Source: Pseudomonadales bacterium
Lineage (GTDB): Bacteria > Pseudomonadota > Gammaproteobacteria > Pseudomonadales > JAHRWD01
DNA: 64,000 nt
NCBI GenBank assembly: GCA_019090315.1
Contig: JAHRWD010000032.1
Coordinates: forward strand, 4,870 to 68,869
Direction: 5' to 3'
A model generated the notes under the pieces. That model worked only from the letters and a program-made list of their open reading frames with translations. It searched no databases and was not told the origin of the DNA. Shown here piece by piece: positions 28,726 to 39,652 of the stretch. Every line of letters starts with the position of its first letter. Position 1 is the stretch's first letter. The translations under genes were made by a program, and so were the position numbers.

Positions 28726-29526
28726 ATGTCAGACTTTTCACCCAGTGAGTTATCTATCCTGCTGATTGAGCCTTCGCCTACACAGCGCAAGATGATCATC
28801 AGCTCCTTTGAGAGCGAGAATGTAGACAACATCGATATAGCCTCAAGCAAATCAGATGCGCTGGCCAAACTTGATTTCTATCAACCAGATCTGATTGTCA
28901 GCTCTCTCTATTTTGATGATGGCACCAGCCTTGAGCTGCTTAAGGAGATTCGTACTGATGACAAGCTCCAGAATATTCCGTTTATGCTGATATCCAGTGA
29001 AACCCGGCGCGCTCAACTTGAGGAGTTTAAGCAGTCAGGGGTTGTCGCAATACTGCCCAAGCCTTTTACCATCGCCAATCTTCATACAGCGATAGACGCA
29101 ACCATCGACCTTCTCAGTGAGGAGGAGATCAACCTGGAACATTACGATGTGCAATCGTTACGTGTACTGGTTGTGGATGACAGTCCGCTGGCACTGAAAA
29201 TGATTAACCGGGTGCTTTCAGGCCTGGGTGTTGTGCATATGACCAACGCGAATGACGGCTCAAAAGCAATCTCTATTCTTGAAAATGAGAACTTTGATCT
29301 GGTAGTCACCGATTACAATATGCCCGAGGTAAACGGTGCAGAACTGGCCGAATATATCCGTAACTCTTCCCAACACGCGCACATTCCAGTCCTTATGGTT
29401 TCCTCTGATGCGGGTGAGACACATCTTAGCCATGTCGCCCAGTCCGGTGTTGATGCCATCGTGGGTAAACCCTTCGCTCCCGATGAAGTGAAGAAATTGT
29501 TATACAAATTGCTTGATGGTGATTGA
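28726..29526 (+). CDS. Tandem receiver-domain response regulator
   Basis: REC1 (LLIEPS, LIVSSLY, LPKPF) lacks the Asp; REC2 (VVDDS, VTDYNMP, VGKPF) is canonical. Confidence 0.85.
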   Translation: MSDFSPSELSILLIEPSPTQRKMIISSFESENVDNIDIASSKSDALAKLDFYQPDLIVSSLYFDDGTSLELLKEIRTDDKLQNIPFMLISSETRRAQLEEFKQSGVVAILPKPFTIANLHTAIDATIDLLSEEEINLEHYDVQSLRVLVVDDSPLALKMINRVLSGLGVVHMTNANDGSKAISILENENFDLVVTDYNMPEVNGAELAEYIRNSSQHAHIPVLMVSSDAGETHLSHVAQSGVDAIVGKPFAPDEVKKLLYKLLDGD

Positions 29527-29690
29527 GGTTTACGAACCTGTTCTTGCGCCATCACCTGTAAAATTCTGACATCTCCACTTCCTGTGTAACTATTTGCACC
29601 TAATTTCACCAAAATCAGCCCAAAGCGACACCGAATCATTCACAGCTGATATATAATCTGGCCTTTTGTCAGAGCACTCTTTCCAACCCC

Positions 29691-30650
29691 ATGGAACTCA
29701 TCCGCGGCCACTATAATATTCCCGAGAACCAGCGTGGCTGCGTTGCCACCATTGGAAATTTCGATGGCGTGCATTTGGGGCATCAGGCTGTAATTCGTCA
29801 GCTGCTGGAGAAATCAAAACAGCTACAACTGCCCTCGGTAGCAATGGTGTTTGAACCCCAACCGATGGAGTTTTTTTCCAGATCTACCCCGGCAGATATG
29901 GAACCAAGAATTGCACCGCCACGGATCAGCCGGTTCCGCGAGAAGCTCAGATTACTCGAAGCTCAAAATATCGATAAAGTGCTCTGCCTTCGTTTTGATC
30001 AAAACCTGAGTCAGCTAAATGGCCTGGACTTCATTCAGCATATTTTAGTGGATGGCCTTAACGTTAAGCATATGATTGTCGGTGATGATTTTCGATTTGG
30101 TCACAAGCGTAGCGGCGACTTTGAACTGATGCGGTCCGAAGGCCAAAAACATGGCTTTGGGATAACACCAACCGATACCTTTTTACTGGATGGCGAGCGC
30201 GTTAGCAGTACCCGCATTCGAGCAGCACTGGCCAATGCAGACTTTGCTCTGGCTGAAACCCTTCTCGGTCGACCTTTTACTATTTCAGGAAAAATTTGTC
30301 ACGGGCAACAACTAGGCCGCACACTCGGAGTACCCACTGCCAATATAGGTATGGCAGGGCTTCGCCCAACACTGGAGGGGGTCTATATTGTTAAACTCCA
30401 ACACCAGGGGCGTTGGCTTCCCGGTGTCGCTAACATTGGCAACAGACCAACCGTTGCAGGAAAACATCCCCTGCTCGAGGTACACCTGTTTGATTTCAAT
30501 GAAACACTGTACGGTGATTTCGTGACGGTTCAGTTCCAGCAAAAAATCCGGGATGAAGAGAAGTTTGATTCCTTGCCCGAGTTAAAGGCAGCGATGGAGA
30601 GTGACCTTGTGATTGGCCGGCAGTACTTTGCAGAGAATGCTGAACTCTAA
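29691..30650 (+). CDS. ribF: Bifunctional riboflavin kinase/FAD synthetase
   Basis: IGNFDGVHLGH, VGDDFRFG, SSTRIR, GVPTAN, GNRPT and EVHLFDF. Confidence 0.97.
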   Translation: MELIRGHYNIPENQRGCVATIGNFDGVHLGHQAVIRQLLEKSKQLQLPSVAMVFEPQPMEFFSRSTPADMEPRIAPPRISRFREKLRLLEAQNIDKVLCLRFDQNLSQLNGLDFIQHILVDGLNVKHMIVGDDFRFGHKRSGDFELMRSEGQKHGFGITPTDTFLLDGERVSSTRIRAALANADFALAETLLGRPFTISGKICHGQQLGRTLGVPTANIGMAGLRPTLEGVYIVKLQHQGRWLPGVANIGNRPTVAGKHPLLEVHLFDFNETLYGDFVTVQFQQKIRDEEKFDSLPELKAAMESDLVIGRQYFAENAEL

Positions 30651-30739
30651 CCAATCCCAGCTAGCAACCAGTACACCCACATTTTTTAATCTAAACCGAA
30701 CATCAATTTGACCGAAGTCAGAGACCATTTTCAAAAGCC

Positions 30740-33574
30740 ATGAGTGATTACAAAGCAACCCTGAATCTACCAAAAACCGCTTTCCCGATGAAAGCCAACC
30801 TGTCCCAGCGTGAGCCAAAATGGCTAGAGAGCTGGCAACAGCAAGATCTGTACGGAAAAATCAGGGAAAACAGCAAGGGCCGTAAAAAATTCATCCTGCA
30901 TGATGGCCCTCCCTACGCCAACGGCGAGATTCATATCGGTCATGCGGTCAACAAAATCCTCAAGGACATCATCATCAAATCAAAAACCCTCAGCGGTTTT
31001 GATGCGCCCTATGTACCGGGCTGGGATTGCCACGGCCTGCCTATCGAATTGAATGTCGAAAAGAAGATCGGCAAAGCCGGCGTAAAAGTCGAACCTGCCA
31101 AATTCCGAGAAGCCTGCCGTACCTACGCGCAAAAGCAGGTAGATGGCCAACGTAAAGACTTTATTCGGCTTGGTATTCTGGGCGAGTGGGATAACCCCTA
31201 CCAAACCATGAGCTTTGATTTTGAAGCCAACGTGGTTCGATCTCTCGGTAACATCGTCGAAAAAGGTCACTTGCATCAGGGCTCAAAACCAGTGCACTGG
31301 TGTATCGATTGTGGTTCGGCGTTGGCGGAAGCTGAAGTCGAATACGAAGATAAGGTCTCTCCGGCAATTGACGTGCGTTTTCCGGTCGCCAACATCAGCG
31401 AGTTTTTGGCGCCATTTGGATTAAAGGAAACCGATATTCAGGGCTCACTGTCGGTACTGATCTGGACGACTACACCCTGGACTTTACCCGCCAACCAGGC
31501 GGTTTGTTTGAATCCGGAGCTGGATTATCAGCTCATTACTGTCACTACCGAACAAGGGCCGGAAACGATCCTTATCGCCGCTGCGCTGGCGGAGTCACTA
31601 TTCGAGCGCTCGGGTATTGAACAATCTAACGTACTGGGCAGTTGCAAAGGCCAAGCGCTAGAGCATCAACTCTTACAACACCCATTCTATTCACGTCAGG
31701 TGCCTGTCATTCTTGGCGATCACGTCACTATCGAAGCGGGTACTGGAGCAGTACATACCGCACCGGGACACGGTCTGGACGATTATATCGTCGGCAATCG
31801 TTACGGGCTTGAGGTCTATAACCCGGTTGGTGAAAACGGTGTATTTTTACCCGGAACCGAATTTTTTGAAGGCCTGCGGGTATTCAAAGGCAACGATGCG
31901 GTAATCGAAAAAATGACGGAAACAGGCAGCCTGTTCCATCACGAAAATTATTCCCACAGCTACCCGCACTGCTGGCGCCACAAGTCCCCAATTATTTTCC
32001 GCGCCACCGCCCAATGGTTTATCAGCATGAGCCAGAACGGACTACTGGATCAGGCACTGGAGCAGGTCAATCAGGTGGAATGGCTACCGGACTGGGGCAA
32101 AGCACGAATCGAATCGATGCTAACCAGCCGTCCCGACTGGTGTATCTCCCGACAACGTTCATGGGGCGTGCCGATCACGCTATTCCTGCACAAACAGACC
32201 GGTGAGCTGCATCCCCAGACCAGCGAGCTAATCGAACAGGTTGCGCAAAAAATTGAACAGCAAGGTATTGAAGCCTGGTTTGCGTTAGAGCCTCAGGAGC
32301 TATTGGGCGACCAGGCCGAGGACTACAACAAAGTTACCGACACACTGGATGTCTGGTTTGATTCCGGCGTGACCCACGCTGCGGTACTGAACCAGCGCGA
32401 CCAGCTTACTTTCCCCGCAGATCTGTATCTTGAGGGTTCTGACCAACATCGAGGCTGGTTCCAGTCATCGTTGCTGACCAGCGTCGCTATCAACAATGTC
32501 GCACCCTACAAAACTGCTTTAACCCATGGATTTACCGTGGATGCCAAGGGTCACAAAATGTCGAAGTCCCTCGGCAATGTGATGTCACCGCAAAAAGTTG
32601 TGAACCGATTGGGCGCGGATGCGCTGCGTTTGTGGGTCGCCGCTACGGATTACCGGGGCGAGATGTCGGTATCCGATGAAATTTTGGATCGCACATCCGA
32701 TTCCTACCGTCGCATCCGAAATACATGCCGATTCTTGCTCTCCAACCTGAACGGTTTTGATCCGGTAGAGAACGGCGTTGCTCCCGAAGATATGATTGCG
32801 CTGGATCGCTGGGCGGTTGATCGTACGCTGCAGCTTCAAGATGAAATTCTGGAGGCCTACGAGTTATATAATTTCCATCAGATCTACCAGAAAATTCACA
32901 ACTTCTGCGTCAATGATCTCGGTGGCTTCTATCTCGATATTATTAAAGATCGCCAGTACACCAGCGCTGAAGACGGCCTACCAAGGCGTTCAGCACAGAC
33001 CGCATTGCATCACATCATTGAAGCAATGGTGCGCTGGTTAGCGCCGATTATCTCCTTCACCGCCGACGAGCTCTGGCAACATATCCCCGGCTCCCGGGTT
33101 GATTCGGTTCAGCTCGATCAGTGGTACACCGGCCTGTTTGCGCTGGATGCCAAATCGGATCTCAATCAGGAATTTTGGGAAACCCTGTATCAGGTTAAAA
33201 CCGCGGTAAACCGTGAACTTGAAGTACAAAGAACCGAAGGGGTGATTGGTTCACCGCTGAGTGCTGAAGTACGCTTATATTGCGAACCCGCACTAAAAGC
33301 CCAATTGGATAAACTTGGAGATGAGCTGCGTTTTGTGCTGATCACATCCGCTGCGACAGTGGTTGAACTGGAACAGGCCGATGTATCAAATTCCAGCATT
33401 CGCGATACGCAAATCGAGTGCTTCAAGCTCGAAGTATTGCCATCTAACGAAACCAAATGCGAGCGTTGCTGGCATCACCGTGAAGATGTGGGCAGCCATA
33501 GCGAGCATCCGGATATCTGCTCCCGCTGTGTTGAAAACATTGAAGGTGACGGGGAAACCCGTTCGTTTGCTTAA
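30740..33574 (+). CDS. ileS: Isoleucine--tRNA ligase
   Basis: [34 protein letters not shown] and C-terminal zinc CERC..CSRC. Confidence 0.98.
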   Translation: MSDYKATLNLPKTAFPMKANLSQREPKWLESWQQQDLYGKIRENSKGRKKFILHDGPPYANGEIHIGHAVNKILKDIIIKSKTLSGFDAPYVPGWDCHGLPIELNVEKKIGKAGVKVEPAKFREACRTYAQKQVDGQRKDFIRLGILGEWDNPYQTMSFDFEANVVRSLGNIVEKGHLHQGSKPVHWCIDCGSALAEAEVEYEDKVSPAIDVRFPVANISEFLAPFGLKETDIQGSLSVLIWTTTPWTLPANQAVCLNPELDYQLITVTTEQGPETILIAAALAESLFERSGIEQSNVLGSCKGQALEHQLLQHPFYSRQVPVILGDHVTIEAGTGAVHTAPGHGLDDYIVGNRYGLEVYNPVGENGVFLPGTEFFEGLRVFKGNDAVIEKMTETGSLFHHENYSHSYPHCWRHKSPIIFRATAQWFISMSQNGLLDQALEQVNQVEWLPDWGKARIESMLTSRPDWCISRQRSWGVPITLFLHKQTGELHPQTSELIEQVAQKIEQQGIEAWFALEPQELLGDQAEDYNKVTDTLDVWFDSGVTHAAVLNQRDQLTFPADLYLEGSDQHRGWFQSSLLTSVAINNVAPYKTALTHGFTVDAKGHKMSKSLGNVMSPQKVVNRLGADALRLWVAATDYRGEMSVSDEILDRTSDSYRRIRNTCRFLLSNLNGFDPVENGVAPEDMIALDRWAVDRTLQLQDEILEAYELYNFHQIYQKIHNFCVNDLGGFYLDIIKDRQYTSAEDGLPRRSAQTALHHIIEAMVRWLAPIISFTADELWQHIPGSRVDSVQLDQWYTGLFALDAKSDLNQEFWETLYQVKTAVNRELEVQRTEGVIGSPLSAEVRLYCEPALKAQLDKLGDELRFVLITSAATVVELEQADVSNSSIRDTQIECFKLEVLPSNETKCERCWHHREDVGSHSEHPDICSRCVENIEGDGETRSFA

Positions 33575-33594
33575 CCGCCATTAACTGATCACTG

Positions 33595-34101
33595 ATGACT
33601 AGCACCAAATTGAACAACTCAAAACGATCCCTGGTGGCCTGGTACGGGCTATCCATTTTTGTGATTGTCGCGGATCAGGTTACCAAACATCTGATTATGA
33701 ACCGCTTCGATCTATATGATCGAGTGATGGTTTTACCCTTCTTTGATCTCGTCAGGGCGCATAATTCCGGCGCGGCATTCAGCTTTTTAAGCGATGCGGG
33801 CGGTTGGCAACGGATCTTTTTTGTCAGTATTTCATCGGTGGTCAGCCTGGTATTAGCCGTCTGGATATACCGCCTTGAAAGCCGTCAAAAAATCCAAGCA
33901 CTTGGTTTATCACTGGTTTTAGGTGGCGCACTCGGCAATCTATACGACCGTGTAGCCTATGGCTATGTGGTTGATTTCCTTCTTTTTTATTACGTTCAAT
34001 ACAGCTTTCCGGCATTTAACGTAGCGGACTCCGCCATTACGGTTGGCGCATTTTTTCTAATTGTCGATATGATCAAAAACCCCCAGGCAGGTAAATCATG
34101 A
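33595..34101 (+). CDS. lspA: Lipoprotein signal peptidase II
   Basis: NSGAAFS, GGALGNLYDR, VVDF and AFNVADS. Confidence 0.97.
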   Translation: MTSTKLNNSKRSLVAWYGLSIFVIVADQVTKHLIMNRFDLYDRVMVLPFFDLVRAHNSGAAFSFLSDAGGWQRIFFVSISSVVSLVLAVWIYRLESRQKIQALGLSLVLGGALGNLYDRVAYGYVVDFLLFYYVQYSFPAFNVADSAITVGAFFLIVDMIKNPQAGKS

Positions 34102-34547
34102 GTGAGCAGACAGTAAACAGGGGAACCAAGGTCGCGATCAATTTTTCCCTGACGATGGAAGATGGCCAGCTGGTCGACTCCAATTTTGATAAGAAAGCTG
34201 CAGAGCTGATTATTGGTGAATGCACCATGCCCGATGGTTTTGAAGAGCAGCTAATCGGGCTGATCGTTGGGCAGGAAATCGAAGTGATGGTGCCCTGCGA
34301 AAAAGCCTTTGGCGAATCCCGTGATGCTAATATCCGTGAGTTCAACCGAGATCAGTTCGACAAAGGCATAGGCCTTGAAGTTGGCCTGATGATCTCCTTT
34401 GCAGATGCTGCCAACAGCGAACTGCCCGGTGTCATTCTCAACATGGAAGGGGATACCGTCACGGTGGATTTTAACCATCCGCTAGCGGGCCAGAATCTGA
34501 TGTTTAAAGCGCGGGTCGATAAAATCACCCAGCCGAGGCCGGAATAA
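34098..34547 (+). CDS. fkpB: FKBP-type peptidyl-prolyl isomerase
   Basis: VDFNHPLAG motif; conserved position between lspA and ispH. Confidence 0.93.
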   Translation: MSEQTVNRGTKVAINFSLTMEDGQLVDSNFDKKAAELIIGECTMPDGFEEQLIGLIVGQEIEVMVPCEKAFGESRDANIREFNRDQFDKGIGLEVGLMISFADAANSELPGVILNMEGDTVTVDFNHPLAGQNLMFKARVDKITQPRPE

Positions 34548-34551
34548 CCCT

Positions 34552-35517
34552 GTGAGTAAATTTGAGATCCAACTCGCCAACCCACGCGGTTTCTGCGCCG
34601 GAGTAGATCGGGCGATTGATATCGTTAATCGTGCGCTGGATATCTTTGGCGCACCGATCTACGTACGTCACGAAGTGGTTCACAATCGTTTTGTAGTTGA
34701 CAGGCTGCGGGAGCGCGGCGCTCGTTTTATTGATGAGTTACATGAGGTTCCGGAAGAAAGCATCGTTATATTTAGCGCCCACGGTGTTTCAAATGCTGTT
34801 CGTGATGAAGCTGAATCGCGAAATCTCAAAATATTCGATGCTACCTGCCCGCTGGTCACCAAAGTTCACCTTGAAGTAGTGAATTTCAGTAAATCCGGAA
34901 CTGAATGTATTTTGATTGGGCACGAGGGGCACCCGGAAGTTGAGGGCACCATGGGGCAGTTCGACTATTCAGCCGGAGGCACCATTCACCTGGTTGAAGA
35001 TGAAGAGGATGTTGCGAAGCTGGAGGTTGCTCGACCAGACGCACTGGCCTACGTCACCCAAACCACCCTGTCTGTCGATGATAGTCAGAGAGTGATTGAT
35101 GCGCTGCGCAAAAAATTCCCACAGATCAAAGGCCCAAGAAAAGACGACATCTGTTTTGCCACCCAAAACCGGCAGGACGCGGTAAAGGGTATGGCGCGGG
35201 AATGTGATCTACTGCTGGTGGTAGGCTCAACCAACAGCTCCAACTCCAACCGTTTACGTGAACTATCCGAACGGATGGGAACGCCGGCCTACTTGATTGA
35301 CAGCGCGGATGAGATTCAGCCTGACTGGCTAAAGGATGTCAGCAACGTTGGCGTAACTGCTGGGGCATCTGCTCCGGAGGTATTGGTCCAGCAGGTCATT
35401 GATCGGCTTAAGCAAGAGGGTGGCACTGAACCTCAGGAACTTGATGGTATTAAAGAGACGATAGTTTTTGCGATGCCTAAAGAGCTGAAATTTAAGGCAG
35501 TTAAGCATTTGCAATGA
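34552..35517 (+). CDS. ispH: 4-hydroxy-3-methylbut-2-enyl diphosphate reductase
   Basis: [33 protein letters not shown] and TAGASAPE. Confidence 0.97.
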   Translation: MSKFEIQLANPRGFCAGVDRAIDIVNRALDIFGAPIYVRHEVVHNRFVVDRLRERGARFIDELHEVPEESIVIFSAHGVSNAVRDEAESRNLKIFDATCPLVTKVHLEVVNFSKSGTECILIGHEGHPEVEGTMGQFDYSAGGTIHLVEDEEDVAKLEVARPDALAYVTQTTLSVDDSQRVIDALRKKFPQIKGPRKDDICFATQNRQDAVKGMARECDLLLVVGSTNSSNSNRLRELSERMGTPAYLIDSADEIQPDWLKDVSNVGVTAGASAPEVLVQQVIDRLKQEGGTEPQELDGIKETIVFAMPKELKFKAVKHLQ

Positions 35518-35854
35518 TCTGAGAAATATAAAAGTTAGAGCCAAAGAACACGCCAACAATGAACAAAATGAAACACACCTGAGACATGCTAAGACTACTA
35601 GCCATATTAAAACTCATAAGCTCTTTTACCCTTCTTGGATAATACTCTTTCACAGATACAAATAAGCAAAAAAAGAAGCTATGAAAGTGCATCATTGTAA
35701 ATGTCCAATAAACCACGCGATCATCGATTTTGGTTACAGCGTAAATTCCTTTAACTCTCCCATAGACGAAAACAGTCCCGCTAGAATAACCCCATATCCC
35801 AAGCGCTAGAGCAATAAAACCAAACAGGAGCCAACCAATTTTAATTTTATGCAC
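35501..35854 (-). CDS. Small AT-rich hypothetical membrane protein, gene-cassette-like
   Basis: 117-aa ORF with about 3 hydrophobic segments and a GAGG RBS before GTG; bounded by GTTAAGC upstream and GCTTAAC containing its stop; overlaps the ispH 3' end. Confidence 0.6.
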   Translation of the reverse strand: MHKIKIGWLLFGFIALALGIWGYSSGTVFVYGRVKGIYAVTKIDDRVVYWTFTMMHFHSFFFCLFVSVKEYYPRRVKELMSFNMASSLSMSQVCFILFIVGVFFGSNFYISQIIANA

Positions 35855-35895
35855 ACCAGACCTCTAGGTGCTTAACAGCCAACTAACCCGAAAAA

Positions 35896-37566
35896 TCACT
35901 TATCCGCAATCGCCCAACCGGATGTAGTTGGATAACGTCGATCCCGACCAAACCCCCGTGGCGTAATTCGCGCACCCATTGGGGCCTGGCGGCGTTTGTA
36001 TTCGTTCAGGTCTACTAGCCGCACCACACGGTAAACCGTCTCTTTATCGAAACCCTCAGCTACAATCGCATCGGCGCTGTAATCATGCTCAATATAGAGC
36101 TCCAGCATCCGATCCAGCTCATCGTAATCTGGCAACGAATCGGTATCTTTCTGATCCGGCGCTAATTCCGCTGAGGGTGGCCGCTCGATCACCCGCACGG
36201 GGATTGCTGGTGAAATCGTATTGCGGTACCGCGATAGCTCGAAAACCAGGGTTTTGTATGTGTCTTTAAGTACACCGTAGCCGCCGACCATATCGCCGTA
36301 CAGGGTTGCATAACCCACCGCCATCTCACTTTTATTACCGGTGGTTAACACCATCAGGCGTTTCTTGTTCGAAATCGCCATCATGATCACACCCCTGCAG
36401 CGGGCCTGCAGGTTTTCCTCTGTGGTATCCCGCTCTGTGCCAGAAAATTCATCTTCCAGCGCAGCCATATAGGTGTTGTAGATCGGCTCGATCGGGATCA
36501 CTGAGTATTTTATGCCGAGTATTTCAGCCTGCTCGGCGGCATCATCAAGGCTCATTTGCGAAGTGTATTTAAACGGCATCATCACTGCATGCACCCGATC
36601 TTTACCCAGCGCATCCACTGCAATGGCTACAGTAAGGCCGGAATCGATACCGCCGGACAAGCCCAGCGCGATACCGGGAAAACCGTTTTTATTGACGTAA
36701 TCACGCACACCCAGCACCAGCGCCTGATAGGCCGCTGCATGTTCTGATAGGTCCGCTGTAGTTTCACCGGGTTTGACTCGGCAGCTTATAGTATTGGCTT
36801 CTGCCGACCTGGTGACTTCGACTTCCGCAAAGTACAGCCCCTCTTCAAACAGTGGTGCAGAGGTACGTAGGGTGCCATCGCTATCCACCGCCATGCTGCC
36901 GCCATCAAAGATCAGCTCATCCTGGCCACCAATCTGGTTGCTGTAAATAATCGGCATATTCGACTGCAAAGCACGCTCGGAAAGCAGCTGTTTACGCTCC
37001 GCTGCCTTGCCGACGTGGAAGGGCGATGCGTTCAGGTTAAGCATCAATTTTGCACCCTGATCTGCAGCCTGCTGGGTTGGCCCCGCTTCCCAGATATCTT
37101 CGCAAATCGTCAGCGCTACCGGTAACCCATTGATATCAAATACACAGGCCTCAGTGCCCGCATCAAAGTAACGCTTTTCATCAAACACCTGATAATTGGG
37201 CAGGCATTGTTTGGCGTATTCGGCGATCAGCTCGCCCTGATGGATAACCCCGGCCATGTTGTAGATATGTTCGCCCTGTACCGATGGATAACCGAGCACG
37301 ATATAGAGGTCACGAACCGCGGCAGTTTCTTTACTGAACTGTCGAATTCGATTCAGCCCATCACTAATACGAAGTTCCATGCTTGGTCGCAGCAACAGAT
37401 CTTCCGGCGGATATGCGCTCAACATCAGCTCCGAGAACAGGATGATATCGGCATTTAGCTCGGCTGCTGCCTTTAGCGACTGGTCTATTACCAACTGGGT
37501 ATTGGCCTGAATATCCCCAACCAATGGGTTGAGTTGCGCCATCACGACATTAAGAGAGTGGATCAT
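35896..37566 (-). CDS. nadE: Glutamine-dependent NAD+ synthetase
   Basis: Nitrilase-fold N-domain (EL..YPPED, K..LPNY.VFDEKRYF, ICED) plus LSGGIDS, TGNKSE and PSAEL. Confidence 0.97.
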   Translation of the reverse strand: MIHSLNVVMAQLNPLVGDIQANTQLVIDQSLKAAAELNADIILFSELMLSAYPPEDLLLRPSMELRISDGLNRIRQFSKETAAVRDLYIVLGYPSVQGEHIYNMAGVIHQGELIAEYAKQCLPNYQVFDEKRYFDAGTEACVFDINGLPVALTICEDIWEAGPTQQAADQGAKLMLNLNASPFHVGKAAERKQLLSERALQSNMPIIYSNQIGGQDELIFDGGSMAVDSDGTLRTSAPLFEEGLYFAEVEVTRSAEANTISCRVKPGETTADLSEHAAAYQALVLGVRDYVNKNGFPGIALGLSGGIDSGLTVAIAVDALGKDRVHAVMMPFKYTSQMSLDDAAEQAEILGIKYSVIPIEPIYNTYMAALEDEFSGTERDTTEENLQARCRGVIMMAISNKKRLMVLTTGNKSEMAVGYATLYGDMVGGYGVLKDTYKTLVFELSRYRNTISPAIPVRVIERPPSAELAPDQKDTDSLPDYDELDRMLELYIEHDYSADAIVAEGFDKETVYRVVRLVDLNEYKRRQAPMGARITPRGFGRDRRYPTTSGWAIADK

Positions 37567-37737
37567 GGTATCTATTTACTGATCTGTTTTTGGAAAGTGG
37601 GCGCTATTTTCGTCAAAAATGGCTCGAGAATCAAAACAGATCGTAGCTCGATCAATTCTTGGGTTAAACTTTCGGGTCATATGAGGATGATTTCCTCAGA
37701 ATATCTGTAATCGACGTCAATCAATATAGGACCAACA

Positions 37738-37983
37738 ATGCTGCTACGTATTCTGTTTTTGATCGCTATCGTGGGTCTTGTGCTGTTTCTACTAAAACGG
37801 GGTAAAGGTGCTCCAGACTCACCATCGACACAGTCGCCAATACAAAAAAAAGCAGCTGATTCAGATGCGGAGCTGATAGTGCCCTGTGAGCAGTGTGGAC
37901 TCCACCTGCCAAAATCTGAAGCAATCCAGGAGGGCAAGGTATTCTTCTGCTCGGAACAACATCAACAATTATCCAACAAGTAA
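37738..37983 (+). CDS. PP0621 family small protein
   Basis: N-terminal TM, CEQCGLHLP...FCSEQH zinc motif; typical position upstream of pilS. Confidence 0.85.
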   Translation: MLLRILFLIAIVGLVLFLLKRGKGAPDSPSTQSPIQKKAADSDAELIVPCEQCGLHLPKSEAIQEGKVFFCSEQHQQLSNK

Positions 37984-37987
37984 ATCA

Positions 37988-39649
37988 GTGCGCACCGAAA
38001 AACCCCACATAAACGAGGCTGCAGGTCCACCTGACCCGGTTCCATTCCAGTCCCCGATACTGGATACCCGCACCGCCACGCTGTTCAAGGTATACAGCTA
38101 CTATCGTGTCATCAGTGCCATCAGCCTGCTTCTGTTAGGCTTCGGGGTGGATGAAAACACACCTGTTGGCGGACTCTATCCAAACCTTTACCTCTATTGT
38201 GCCACTATTTATCTGGGCATTACCTTGATCACCAGTTTTCCAATCTTTACCGGTGGCGGTAGATTGCAGCTGGGCTGGCTATATTCTGTAGTGCTTGTCG
38301 ATATCATCGCAATCGCCATCATGATGCTCGCCAGCGATGGCATCACCAGTGGCCTGGGTATTTTGCTGATTGTAAACCTGGCGGCTGGCAATATTCTAAT
38401 CCCCGGAGCAACCGGGCTATTATTTCCAGCCGCAGCTTCGATCCTGGTGCTTGGTAACGAGGCCTATCTCTCGCTGTCGAATAACGATGAGCAACGCCTC
38501 TACTTTCAGGCCGGCTTGCACGGCGTTATTTACTTTACTGTATCACTGTCGACCCAGTATCTGGCACGCAGACTTCGCTCCAGCGCCCAATTGACCGATC
38601 AACAGGCAAAGGAGCTGAATGAACTACAACAGTTAAATGAGCTTATTATTCAACGGATGTTGACAGGTATTATGGTGCTGGATGGGGATGACCATATCAG
38701 AATGATGAATCGTTCCGCACGTAACTTGATCTATTCCGATGGACTGGATGAAACCGATCCTGAACTCAATACCCCGGAACCAATACCCGAACTCTCGGAG
38801 AGGCTCATTCGCTGGCGCGACCAACCCGACACCCGGCCTGAGCTGTTTAAGGCAGGCGGGGCAGGACCGGAGATTCAGGTTAACTTTACAACCCTTGGCC
38901 ATCTCAATAATGATGAGACACTGGTATTTCTTGAGGATCATTCACAGATCGCACAACGAGCCCAGCATTTGAAACTGGCATCGTTAGGAAACCTGACCGC
39001 CAGTATCGCCCATGAGATCAGAAACCCTCTTGGAGCGATTAGCCATGCCGCACAGTTACTCTATGAATCACCTGATCTATCCGATGCGGATCAAAAACTG
39101 GTCAACATAGCGCAAACCCATAGCGTGCGCGCAAATGATATTATTGAAAACATATTGCAGCTTTCCCGCGGCAAACCATCAGAGCCAGAGCCGATTGAAC
39201 TGGTATCGTGGCTGGCAGGGTTTATCAGTCGATATAGAGAAACCCAGCCCGATGCCGAGATCACTTTTGGTAACGAAGAGCCGGACTGTATTGTGCGCTT
39301 TGACCGAGGGCAGCTAATGCAAGTGCTGACCAACCTGTTTGACAACGGACTTCGCTACAGCAAACAGCACACTGGCCTATCCACGCTCAAGGTTATTATA
39401 GGCAACTATACTGAGCAGGAACGGCCCTACCTTCTGGTGCAAGATCAGGGATCGGGCGTTAGCCCGGATCATCGGGAAAACCTGTTCGAGCCGTTTTATA
39501 CTACGGAAAGAAGCGGTACCGGGCTTGGCCTGTATATCTCCCGGGAGTTAGCCCAGGCCAACCAGGCGCAGCTAGACCTGATTGATTCAGACTCAGGCGG
39601 AGCCTGTTTTAAACTGACCTTTAGTCATCCTCAACGGATAACCCACTAA
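37988..39649 (+). CDS. pilS: Type IV pilus sensor histidine kinase
   Basis: About 6 N-terminal TM helices, KLASLG.LTASIAHEIRNPL, N-box NLFDNG, DQGSG and GTGLGL. Start placed at GTG 37988, after the PP0621 stop. Confidence 0.93.
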   Translation: MRTEKPHINEAAGPPDPVPFQSPILDTRTATLFKVYSYYRVISAISLLLLGFGVDENTPVGGLYPNLYLYCATIYLGITLITSFPIFTGGGRLQLGWLYSVVLVDIIAIAIMMLASDGITSGLGILLIVNLAAGNILIPGATGLLFPAAASILVLGNEAYLSLSNNDEQRLYFQAGLHGVIYFTVSLSTQYLARRLRSSAQLTDQQAKELNELQQLNELIIQRMLTGIMVLDGDDHIRMMNRSARNLIYSDGLDETDPELNTPEPIPELSERLIRWRDQPDTRPELFKAGGAGPEIQVNFTTLGHLNNDETLVFLEDHSQIAQRAQHLKLASLGNLTASIAHEIRNPLGAISHAAQLLYESPDLSDADQKLVNIAQTHSVRANDIIENILQLSRGKPSEPEPIELVSWLAGFISRYRETQPDAEITFGNEEPDCIVRFDRGQLMQVLTNLFDNGLRYSKQHTGLSTLKVIIGNYTEQERPYLLVQDQGSGVSPDHRENLFEPFYTTERSGTGLGLYISRELAQANQAQLDLIDSDSGGACFKLTFSHPQRITH

Positions 39650-39652
39650 ATT

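Noticed and set aside
29527-29690. FMN riboswitch before ribF
   Set aside because: No RFN conserved motifs, and TATAAT only 33 bp from the start leaves no room.
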